Part shown: piece after piece, positions 1 through 7,741 of the stretch | Layout: the number at the start of each line of letters is the position of its first letter | Position numbering within the stretch: position 1 is the first letter of the stretch | Origin: an uncultured Bacillota bacterium | GTDB taxonomy: Bacteria; Bacillota_I; Bacilli_A; RFN20; CAG-826 | Assembly (NCBI GenBank): GCA_949293555.1 | Contig: CASFDV010000002.1 | Location: forward strand, 106,210 to 170,209 | Reading direction: 5' to 3' | DNA length: 64,000 nucleotides | Position numbers and translations under genes: made by a program | The notes under the pieces: model-generated | Seen by the model: only the letters and a program-made list of their open reading frames with translations | Told to the model about the DNA's origin: nothing | Database searches by the model: none

Positions 1-1320
1 CCGACTTTTTCGATCCAGGTCTTGTGGCCGGCCTTGGGCGCCTTGGGGAGGAGGAGGGAGGCGGGGCGCTCATGAAGCTGCTTGAGCGTGACGTAGACCG
101 TCACCGCGACCGCGACGAGGACGATCCCGAGCGCGGCGATGATGCCTGCCGTGGGGGAGAGGATCCACTGCATCTCAGGGGAATAGAGGAGGGTGCTGAA
201 CGCCGGGTAGATTACCGAAGGGAGGACGGGGAGGCCGATTCCTAGCCCAACTCCGGCGGCGATGAGCGTGCACACGATGGCCATGAAGACGTACTTCATC
301 ACGATGCGCCCGTTCCCGACCCCAAGGGATTTCATGCAGGCGATCTGCGGCCGTTCCTCGTCGACGGTCCTGGCCATCGTCGTCAGGACGACCAACGCCA
401 CGACCAGGATGAAGAACATGGGGAAGATGAGGGCGATCACGTCGATCTTGTCCCCGTATCCGCCAAGAGTCATGTAGGAGGCGTTCTGCTCCAGAGTGAG
501 GCACTGGACGTTCTCCAGGCCGAGGGCTTCGATGGATTCCTTGACTTCGTTCACCCTGTCCAGGTACTCGGATGAATAGTAGGAAATCTCGAGATCGCTG
601 AAGGTGGTGGTCGCGCCAGGCGAGGTCGATACCTGGAGGTAGAGGTCGGTGACGGGGATGACCCCGTAGAGGCTCTGGATGAAGCTCGGGAAGGAGTCCC
701 TGGTCACGTAGATGATGTCGTTCAAGGTCTTCTCGGGGTCGGTGAGCATCGGCTCCCCGGTCTTGAGGAGGATCATGGGGTTGGCGACGATTCCTGAGAT
801 GGTCAGGGAGAAGGTGATGTCGAGCGTCTCCCCGAATATGTCGAGAGGGATGTCGATGTTGATCTCGTCCCCGACCTGGTGGGCGGTGAGGGTCTCGTTA
901 TGGCGTTCCACCATGATTTCCATGGGCTCGTCCGGCCAGCTTCCTTCCTCAAGGGTGAGGACGTTTACTTCCGGGATGTCGTCAGGGACGACGTAGATCC
1001 TCGTGTTGATCTCCTGCTCTGTCCCCGGAAGGGTGATCGGCATGTCCACGCTAGTGAGAGCGGAGGAAACCACTACATCGGGAAGCGAGGAGATTTCGTC
1101 GATGTCTTCATCCGATAATCCGGAAATATCAGTGGCTTTTACGATGATATCGGGGACATGGCCTTGCCGGAATGCCTCGCTATAGGAGGCCTCGATCGTA
1201 GGCGAAAGGGTTCCCAGCCCGGCGACGAAGGCGACGCCGACGGTGGCGATGAGGGTCAGGGAAATAAGTTTCCCCAGATTCCCCTTCATCGAGCGGAGGA
1301 CGTTCTTGAAGTAGGCGTCC
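1..1320 (-). CDS. ABC transporter permease, FtsX family (partial, N-terminal about 440 aa; continues past the window edge)
   Basis: Hand translation of the reverse strand from ATG at 1320: MDAYFKNVLRSMKGNLGKLISLTLIATVGVAFVAGLGTLSP... then TM1, about 250 aa extracytoplasmic domain, FtsX-like TM block (IALIFPMFFILVVALVVLTTMARTVDEERPQIACMKSLGVGNGRIV...). Open to position 1. Not in ORF track because it lacks a stop inside the window. Start lies 3 nt after the stop of the ATPase gene. Confidence 0.7.
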
Positions 1321-1322
1321 AT

Positions 1323-2024
1323 CTACCACTCGATCTCCTCGATAGGGATAGGTTGCTCGTTGATCTCGATGCTCTCGGCCTGCCCGTTCTTGATGTGGAT
1401 GACCTTGTCCGCCATGTCTTTGAGGGCGGCGTTATGGGTGACGATTATGACCGACTTCTTGTTCTCCCGGCACATGTCGTGCAGGAGCTTGAGGACGGCC
1501 TTGCCCGTCTGGTAGTCGAGGGCGCCCGTGGGCTCGTCGCAAAGGAGGATGGAAGGGTTCTTCGCGAGGGCGCGGGCGATCGAGACGCGCTGTTGCTCGC
1601 CGCCGGAAAGCTGGGCGGGGAAGTTGTCCATCCTGTCGCCGAGCCCGACCTTGCGGAGCATTTCCTCAGGGGAGTAGGCGTCCTTGCACATCTCGACGGC
1701 AAGCTCGACGTTCTCCCTCGCCGTGAGGTTGGCCATGAGGTTATAGAACTGGAAGACGAAGCCCACGTGGCTGCGCCTATAGTCCGTGAGCTCCCTTTTC
1801 CCTAGGGTCGCGACGTCCGTCCCGTTCACCAGGAGATGGCCGGAGGTGGGGGAGTCCATCCCGCCGATGATGTTGAGAAGGGTGGTCTTGCCAGCGCCCG
1901 AGGGGCCCAGGACTACCGTGAATTCCCCGTTCTCGACGTCGAAGGAAATATCGTCCAGGGCGCGGATCTCGCTTTGCCCGTTCTGGAACGACCGAATGAT
2001 GTGCTGAGCGCTGATTGCTGGCAT
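1323..2024 (-). CDS. ABC transporter ATP-binding protein (MacB/LolD-like NBD)
   Basis: Walker [10 protein letters not shown], signature [14 protein letters not shown], Walker [20 protein letters not shown] (complement of 2031-2035) before ATG. Confidence 0.92.
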   Translation of the reverse strand: MPAISAQHIIRSFQNGQSEIRALDDISFDVENGEFTVVLGPSGAGKTTLLNIIGGMDSPTSGHLLVNGTDVATLGKRELTDYRRSHVGFVFQFYNLMANLTARENVELAVEMCKDAYSPEEMLRKVGLGDRMDNFPAQLSGGEQQRVSIARALAKNPSILLCDEPTGALDYQTGKAVLKLLHDMCRENKKSVIIVTHNAALKDMADKVIHIKNGQAESIEINEQPIPIEEIEW

Positions 2025-2036
2025 GAATTCCCTCCT

Positions 2037-2055
2037 GCCCTACTTAATGTAGGGC
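2037..2055. promoter_or_regulatory. Perfect palindrome GCCCTAC-TTAAT-GTAGGGC in the divergent tetR/ABC intergenic region; putative TetR operator
   Basis: 7-bp inverted arms with 5-bp spacer, 13 nt upstream of the ABC ATPase start codon and overlapping its RBS, 66 nt upstream of the tetR start. Confidence 0.5.
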
Positions 2056-2121
2056 ACCTTCCATGCAAGTCAAAGGGAAGAGCATCGACAAAAGAGCGAC
2101 AACTGTTGCATTATTAAGAAC

Positions 2122-2733
2122 ATGAGAAGCAGGTATAAGACTGAGAGGGCGAGGGACGTCACGGACGAGGTCAAGAAAGCGGTGTTCGCCACCTTCGTGA
2201 CAGGCGAGAAGGCCACCGCGAGCCTTATTGCGAGAAGGGCGGGAATCAACCGCTCCACCTTCTACCGGCACTTCTACGATGTCGAAGACGTCATCTCGTC
2301 GATCGAGGACGACATATTCCAGGACGTCGAGGAGGTCCTTGCCGGTCTTGATTACGAAGGCGGGAACGTGCCTTTCTTCCATGAGGTCGTCGCCTTGGTC
2401 GAAAAGTACATCCCCTTCCTCACCTACCTCTTCCGGGCGGGCGGGATGAGCGAGAACCGTTTTTTCCAGAGGATCATCGACTACGCCGAAAAGAACTATC
2501 TCCAAGGTTTCCTCATGAGCCATCCGAAGATACCTGCGGAAGAGTGCAGGCTCCTGTTTCTTTACACCCTGAACGGGTCGATCGCGCTCATCGCGGATTG
2601 GCTCCGCTCGGAGAGGACGTTAGGAAAGGAGCGCTTCGCGGAGACCTTGGACGAATATAACCGCGCCGCGATGGGGGCGCTCCTCCGGCGGAGCCGCCGG
2701 CTAGCCGATGTCGGTGACCTCGTCGGGGACTAG
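2122..2733 (+). CDS. TetR/AcrR family transcriptional regulator
   Basis: N-terminal HTH with the TetR hallmark ...LIARRAGINRSTFYRHFYDVEDV...; divergent from the ABC operon. Confidence 0.85.
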   Translation: MRSRYKTERARDVTDEVKKAVFATFVTGEKATASLIARRAGINRSTFYRHFYDVEDVISSIEDDIFQDVEEVLAGLDYEGGNVPFFHEVVALVEKYIPFLTYLFRAGGMSENRFFQRIIDYAEKNYLQGFLMSHPKIPAEECRLLFLYTLNGSIALIADWLRSERTLGKERFAETLDEYNRAAMGALLRRSRRLADVGDLVGD

Positions 2734-3195
2734 GACGTTGATGTCCTCTTCCGAAATCCCATCCACAGGCGCGATCTGGTCGAGGGTCAGGAACATATAG
2801 AGGGCATTGGCTTTCGCCAGCATTTTCCCGTCCATTGTTTGGATTTCGGCTTCTCCTTTGAAGCAAATCTTGTCGATATGCGTGATGTGGGCGACGCACT
2901 TGAGGGGAGTGTCGTAGGGGACGCCCTTGTGGTACTCGACGTTCAGCTTGAGGGTGCAGGCGTATGCCCCAGGCCTCTTGATCCATATCGCGCGCCCGAT
3001 CGTCTCGTCGAGCATTGCCGCGATCATCCCGCCATGGACCCTTTCGGGATAGGACTGGTGGTCGAACTTGTAGCGGAACAAGGCGATGAGGCTGTCATCC
3101 TCCATCTCGTAGAAGCTCGCGTGGATGCCGTAGGGATTGTTGATGCCGCAGACGATGCAGTCTTTCGCGTTGGTCTGCTTCTTTCTGACTTTCAT
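2701..3195 (-). CDS. PaaI/hotdog-fold acyl-CoA thioesterase
   Basis: 164 aa, hotdog thioesterase core (…VHGGMIAAMLDETIG…); 3' end overlaps the tetR 3' end by 33 nt (convergent). Confidence 0.75.
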   Translation of the reverse strand: MKVRKKQTNAKDCIVCGINNPYGIHASFYEMEDDSLIALFRYKFDHQSYPERVHGGMIAAMLDETIGRAIWIKRPGAYACTLKLNVEYHKGVPYDTPLKCVAHITHIDKICFKGEAEIQTMDGKMLAKANALYMFLTLDQIAPVDGISEEDINVLVPDEVTDIG

Positions 3196-3233
3196 ACGGG
3201 GGCGATTATACGCGCGAGGTCTATAATTTCCCC

Positions 3234-4511
3234 ATGAACGTCCGCGAGCCGCTCGCCTTCCGCGTCCGCCCCAAAGGCCTTTCCGGTGTCCTCGGGCAGG
3301 AGAAGCTCCTTGAGTCCCTTTCCCGTTCGGTGGAGATGAAGTCTCCTTTCTCCTTCGTGCTTTTCGGAGGACCTGGGACGGGGAAGACGACGATCGCGGA
3401 AGCCTACTCCCGGGACATGGGCATCCATTTCAAGAAGCTCAACGCGGTCACCGCGTCGAAGAAGGAGATGCAAGAGGCGATCGAGGAGTCCCGCGGCTAT
3501 TCCCACGCGATCATCATCGTGGACGAGGTGCACCGCCTGGACAAGGCGAAGCAGGACCTTCTCCTTCCTTATGTCGAGGACGGCACCTTCTTCCTCATCG
3601 GTGCCACTACGGCGAATCCCTACGTTTCCCTCAATCGGGCGATCAGGAGCCGCTGCAGGGTCTTCGAGGTCTTCCCTCTCACGGAGGAGGAAGTCTCCCG
3701 GGGGCTCAGGAGGGCGGCGGAATCCCCGGACGGCCTCCAGGGGAAATGGAAGTTCGCCGACTCTGCCTTCTCCTTCATCGCAAGGCTTTCGGGCGGGGAC
3801 CTTCGCTTCGCCCTCAACCTGCTGGAGGCCTGTTCCATCCAGTTCCCGAAGGAAACTGAAATCGACGAGGCGATGGTCGCGACCATCGAGCGCGTCCCGA
3901 ACTACGCGATGGACAAGGACGAGGAGGAGCACTACGACTCCGTGAGCGCGCTCCAGAAGTCGATCCGCGGAAGCGATGTGGACGCTGCGCTCTACTATCT
4001 TGCGCGGCTTTGCATCGCCGAGGACCTGGATAGCATCAAGAGGCGCCTTCCCATCATCGCCTACGAGGACATCGGGCTTGCCAATCCTGCGGCCGTCGAT
4101 CGTTGCCACAAGGCCATCGAGGTCGCGGAAAGGGCCGGCTTCCCGGAAGCCGTCATCCCCCTTGCCTTCACGGTGTGCGAGCTCGCGCTTTCACCGAAGT
4201 CCCGCGCCGCGGTGGACTCGATCCACGCGACCATGGACTTCGCAAGGGAGAAGCCCTTCCTCGTCCAGGACTACTTGAAGCTGACGCCCGTCTCCTTGTC
4301 CGAGGAAGAGAAGTATGACTACGGAATGCCGGATATCTGGGAAAAGATCCAGTATTTGCCAGAGTTATTGAAGAATCGTCGTTTCTTCCAAGAGAACGCC
4401 CTTACCAGAAGCAACTACGAGAAGGCGCTCAATAGCGAGCGCGAAAGGCTTCTTAGGCAAGGAAGGACGAGCGATCTCGCCGCCTTGAAGAAAGGGCGGC
4501 GCGGCAAGTAA
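3234..4511 (+). CDS. rarA: Replication-associated recombination protein A (RarA/MgsA AAA+ ATPase)
   Basis: Walker A GPPGTGKTT, Walker B IIIVDEVHRL, C-terminal MgsA helical region; 425 aa. Confidence 0.92.
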   Translation: MNVREPLAFRVRPKGLSGVLGQEKLLESLSRSVEMKSPFSFVLFGGPGTGKTTIAEAYSRDMGIHFKKLNAVTASKKEMQEAIEESRGYSHAIIIVDEVHRLDKAKQDLLLPYVEDGTFFLIGATTANPYVSLNRAIRSRCRVFEVFPLTEEEVSRGLRRAAESPDGLQGKWKFADSAFSFIARLSGGDLRFALNLLEACSIQFPKETEIDEAMVATIERVPNYAMDKDEEEHYDSVSALQKSIRGSDVDAALYYLARLCIAEDLDSIKRRLPIIAYEDIGLANPAAVDRCHKAIEVAERAGFPEAVIPLAFTVCELALSPKSRAAVDSIHATMDFAREKPFLVQDYLKLTPVSLSEEEKYDYGMPDIWEKIQYLPELLKNRRFFQENALTRSNYEKALNSERERLLRQGRTSDLAALKKGRRGK

Positions 4512-4610
4512 CCGCTTTCTTGAACTTCTTGGTGTCGCTTCATCTTTTGAAGCGTATATTCCGGCATTCCAGACCTCCATGGGTCCGGAAAGAAAGGAGG
4601 TACGAGCCAC

Positions 4611-4766
4611 ATGTCCTTTATCAAGGAAAACGATCGTCCCGGCATCCTCCAGGAGGCCGAGGAGCTTGTCTACGACTACAGCCCCAAGGCCGAGGATAGG
4701 CTGGGCGAGGGTCTGCTCGCCGCGTACGTCGACGCGATGCTCTCTGGTCGGCGCGGGGGCTTCTAA
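4611..4766 (+). CDS. Small hypothetical protein (51 aa)
   Basis: ATG at 4611 preceded by AAGGAGG (4593-4599, spacing 11); sequence MSFIKENDRPGILQEAEELVYDYSPKAEDRLGEGLLAAYVDAMLSGRRGGF; followed directly by an intrinsic terminator. Below the track's 60-aa cutoff. Confidence 0.5.
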   Translation: MSFIKENDRPGILQEAEELVYDYSPKAEDRLGEGLLAAYVDAMLSGRRGGF

Positions 4767-4786
4767 GCCCTAGGTGCGAACCCGAA

Positions 4787-4811
4787 GGGTCCCGGCGACG
4801 GGGCCCTTTTT
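4787..4811 (+). terminator. Rho-independent terminator
   Basis: GGGTCCCG-GCGA-CGGGGCCC stem (one G·U pair) followed by TTTTT. Confidence 0.6.
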
Positions 4812-4870
4812 CCGTAGCTTATATCTCATGAGCGGATGAAGCCTCTTTGGGAATCCTTTGGTCAAGTTGC

Positions 4871-4975
4871 TTGCGAATTACACGGCCGACTTGCAAAACA
4901 CATAGGCACAGGGTTGCAAAACACATAGCGCCTGCCTTGCAAATCCCATAACGCCCACCTTGCAAATCCCATAAT
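4871..4975. repeat. Array of 5 direct repeats (TTGCAAA[A/T]C[A/C]CATA[G/A], about 23-bp period)
   Basis: TTGCGAATTACAC (4871), TTGCAAAACACATAG (4891, 4914), TTGCAAATCCCATAA (4937, 4960); lies immediately upstream of a putative -35 TTGCTG (4982-4987) / -10 TAAAAT (5006-5011) for the AAA ATPase gene. Confidence 0.7.
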
Positions 4976-5019
4976 CCCCCCTTGCTGGCGGCAGGTGGTA
5001 ATAAGTAAAATGCAGGCTG

Positions 5020-6324
5020 ATGCAAAAGAATATTGTCGATGAACCCTATCTTCCCCGCATTGCCGAACAGACGCTTGCCCGAAAATTGGCTTCCTCCGGG
5101 TGCGTGCTGATCAGCGGTCCGAAATTTTGCGGAAAGTCCCGGCTTGCTTCTTGCTATGCCGCTTCTTCAGTGGAACTGACCGATGAAGGGAGCATCGCCC
5201 TTGCCAAGGCGGATCCGCGTGCTCTCCTCCCGGGAGATTTCCCGCGTCTCATCGACGAATGGCAGAAAGTCCCGGTCTTATGGGATCTCATTCGGTCGGA
5301 TTTGGATCATGGGTATCGGTTCGGGAAATACATACTCACAGGAAGCGCGACGCCTTCCGACCCATCGATAATTCAGCACTCCGGCGCCGGTCGGATTTCG
5401 ACGATGATCCTTCGTCCTCTTTCCTTGTATGAATCTCGCGAATCGCTTGGTGCAGCTTCCCTGAGCTCGCTGTTTTCCGCAAACCCAGAATTCACGATTG
5501 TTCCTCCTGGGGAGAATCCGATGACGCTTTCGCGAATGGCCTTTCTCATTTGCCGCGGGGGATGGCCCCTTTCTGTTTTGGCCGACGAGTCGGCGGCTCT
5601 TGATGTGACCGAAGGCTACTACGAAGGGCTTTTCCGGCAAACGGCGGGGGGCGATGAAACCAGCGCGAGGCTTGCCAACGGGGGAAGGAGCCGCCTTCTC
5701 CTTGTGTTGAAGGAACTGGCCCGCAACATATCGACGCCGGCCTCCATCGCGGGCATGGCCAGGGACATCGCCGCCTCCGGGGAATTTCCGGGCTTTTCTC
5801 CTGACACATTCATTGGCTGGAAAGAGTTTCTCGAATCGTATTTCATCGTGTTCGACATGCCTTCGTGGAACAGGAACCTCAGGAGCAGCGTTGTCACGCG
5901 GACTTCACCTGTCCGTCATTTCTTCGATCCGTCCATCGCCGCCTGCGCGCTCGGGTTCACTCCGGAATCGCTGCTCCTCGATCTTCGTACGTTCGGCTTC
6001 TTTTTCGAGGATCTTGTCGCGCGCGACCTGATCGCCTTTGCCGAATCCATGAAGGCGAGCGTCCGCCATTACAGGGATTCCTCCGATCTTGAGGTGGACT
6101 TTATCTTGGAAATGCGGGACGGGAGGTATGCCGCGATCGAGGCGAAGCTTGGGAGTCTTGAAGGGGTCGCCATGGGGGTTTCCTCCTTATCCCGCTTCGC
6201 CGCGCGCCTTCAGCGGGCCGGGCAGCCCCTCCCCGCCTTTCGGATGGTGGTCACCAGCCATGGGGCCTGCTATAGAGAAAAGGACGGCACGTATGTCGTC
6301 CCTCTCAACTGCCTGAGGCCCTAG
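5020..6324 (+). CDS. AAA family ATPase (AAA_14 N-terminal domain with DUF4143-type C-terminal domain)
   Basis: 434 aa; P-loop ISGPKFCGKSRL, Walker B-like IDEWQ; no SD; ATG lies 8-9 nt after the putative -10, so possibly leaderless. Confidence 0.7.
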   Translation: MQKNIVDEPYLPRIAEQTLARKLASSGCVLISGPKFCGKSRLASCYAASSVELTDEGSIALAKADPRALLPGDFPRLIDEWQKVPVLWDLIRSDLDHGYRFGKYILTGSATPSDPSIIQHSGAGRISTMILRPLSLYESRESLGAASLSSLFSANPEFTIVPPGENPMTLSRMAFLICRGGWPLSVLADESAALDVTEGYYEGLFRQTAGGDETSARLANGGRSRLLLVLKELARNISTPASIAGMARDIAASGEFPGFSPDTFIGWKEFLESYFIVFDMPSWNRNLRSSVVTRTSPVRHFFDPSIAACALGFTPESLLLDLRTFGFFFEDLVARDLIAFAESMKASVRHYRDSSDLEVDFILEMRDGRYAAIEAKLGSLEGVAMGVSSLSRFAARLQRAGQPLPAFRMVVTSHGACYREKDGTYVVPLNCLRP

Positions 6325-7376
6325 GCGCCCTTTTTCGAGTTCGATCTCGTCTCCATCGCTTCCAGGCGCGTCGCGCGGAAGACCTTCCGGATGTCTTCGA
6401 GAAGCTGCGCCTTGTCGTAGCCGGGGGCGTTCCAGTAGCGGATGACCAAGGAGGGCTTCTTCCTCTCGGTCTTCTCGACCCCGTAGAGGTAGTAGTTCGC
6501 GATCTTGCTCTTTTGCTGCTTGGTCAGCCATGCAGAGTTGCCGCTGGCCATGATCACCGCGAGGATGTCATCGCTGAGGCGTCTCAGCTCGGGGCATTCG
6601 CCGGAGAAGATGAGGGAAGGGGCGACTTTCTTGAGAGACGGGTCGTGGTCGATGGAGATGTCCGCGAGCCTCTTTGCCCTCATGGGCCTCCAAGTTTTCC
6701 CGTTGTTGTAGATCAGGTGCATTTTCCCGTTGGCGTATGCATGCACGCGTCCGTCCGCGTTGATTCGGATGTACCGGATGTCCTTCAGGCGCAGGATTCC
6801 CGAGGAGGTCCGGAACTCCATCTCGTCCAGCGCTTCCTCGAGCATTTGCCGGTAGGCCGGCTCATCCCCGAAGATGGCGCTGGCGATGCGGAAGGGCAGG
6901 CACCAGTCCGAGGCGACCCTGTCCCAAGTGTTCACTCTGGCGAGGAACCTCCTCATCAGCATGTCGTGGCTGAAGAAGCCCATCTCCTTGAGCTTCGTCG
7001 AGAGCCTGCCTTTGAGCTTCAGCCGATTCTTTCCCTCCTTCAGGTCGCTCACGTACTCGCGGTAGAGGCGAAGGGATGAGACGACGTCGAGGTACGCGCG
7101 GTTCTGGCTCTTTTCGAACTCCTTGAGGGCGAGGGCCTCCATCGTTTCCAAGAGCAGGGAACGGGACTTGTTGTCGAGGACGACCATCGCATGAACTAGT
7201 TCCTCGATTTCCTTGTTTCCTGTCAGGCTGGCGACGTCGGGGTCCTTGAGTGCGATGCGATAGGCCCTCTTGATCCTGCTGACGTAGGACGCCGCGCTTT
7301 TGGATGTTCCTGTCTTAGGATGCGCGTGCACCATGTAGTAGGCCGCGTAGTCGTCAAGATGCGTTTTGAGATCCAT
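6321..7376 (-). CDS. Hypothetical protein (351 aa; ORFan, no recognised domain)
   Basis: Long minus-strand ORF (track 6321..7526). The start was moved to ATG at 7376 (MDLKTHLDDY…) because it is preceded by GGGAGGAAGGA. Upstream in-frame extension to 7526 is possible. Convergent with the AAA ATPase, with a 4-nt 3' overlap. Confidence 0.5.
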   Translation of the reverse strand: MDLKTHLDDYAAYYMVHAHPKTGTSKSAASYVSRIKRAYRIALKDPDVASLTGNKEIEELVHAMVVLDNKSRSLLLETMEALALKEFEKSQNRAYLDVVSSLRLYREYVSDLKEGKNRLKLKGRLSTKLKEMGFFSHDMLMRRFLARVNTWDRVASDWCLPFRIASAIFGDEPAYRQMLEEALDEMEFRTSSGILRLKDIRYIRINADGRVHAYANGKMHLIYNNGKTWRPMRAKRLADISIDHDPSLKKVAPSLIFSGECPELRRLSDDILAVIMASGNSAWLTKQQKSKIANYYLYGVEKTERKKPSLVIRYWNAPGYDKAQLLEDIRKVFRATRLEAMETRSNSKKGA

Positions 7377-7621
7377 GATGTTCCTTCCTCCCTGGATGAC
7401 CACATCATGGGCTGTCGTTTTGAGATTTTTTAAAAAACTCGACTGTCGTCCGTTTTTCCGGACACAAATTTTCTCTAGGTCGGGAAGGGGCCGGGCGAGT
7501 TTCGAAATCTTCTTCCGGATGGTCACGGGACTTAAAGGTCTGTATATTTCTGCTATGAAAAGAGAGGAGAGGCCTGAGGCAAGGACGAATCCGCGGGATC
7601 CTTTTCGGATGATTGGGATTC

Positions 7622-7641
7622 CTCTCTCTCTCTCTCTCTCT
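7622..7641. repeat. (CT)10 dinucleotide microsatellite
   Basis: Uninterrupted CTCTCT… for 20 nt in the intergenic region between the ORFan and the lipoprotein gene. Confidence 0.9.
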
Positions 7642-7668
7642 TAGGTAGTCTCGCTAAGGAAGGGACGG

Positions 7669-7695
7669 GCCCGCGTTTTCCGCGCGGGCTTTTTC
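7669..7695 (+). terminator. Intrinsic terminator with no annotated upstream plus-strand gene
   Basis: GCCCGCG-TTTTC-CGCGGGC perfect stem followed by TTTTT; located 47 nt before the lipoprotein ATG. Confidence 0.55.
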
Positions 7696-7741
7696 GCATT
7701 CCTTCCCCGAAGGCTGCCATTAGGAAAGGAGAAGGAATCCT

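Noticed and set aside
24-1805. Several 60-215-aa plus-strand ORFs (24..245, 262..477, 712..996, 879..1118, 1003..1185, 1158..1805) and minus ORF 175..504
   Set aside because: They lie inside, antisense to or out of frame with, the FtsX permease (1..1320) and the ABC ATPase. The permease reading frame is open across the whole region and has clear TM/FtsX features.
3192-4109. 305-aa ORF antisense to rarA (and similar long antisense ORFs at 11317..12210, 13031..14437, 17920..18693, 19517..21223, 21227..22540, 25020..26318, 41344..42639, 56175..58199, 58319..59605)
   Set aside because: High-GC genomes generate long spurious ORFs. The translations are arginine/glycine/proline-rich and low-complexity. 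The opposite strand encodes well-recognised proteins.
4871-4975. Direct-repeat array considered as a degenerate CRISPR array
   Set aside because: Repeats are only 13-15 bp with 8-bp spacers, far below CRISPR dimensions, and no cas genes are nearby. They are better explained as iterons or regulator binding sites.
4819-5025. 68-aa minus-strand ORF across the repeat region
   Set aside because: Low-complexity translation driven by the repeats; overlaps the AAA ATPase promoter; no RBS.
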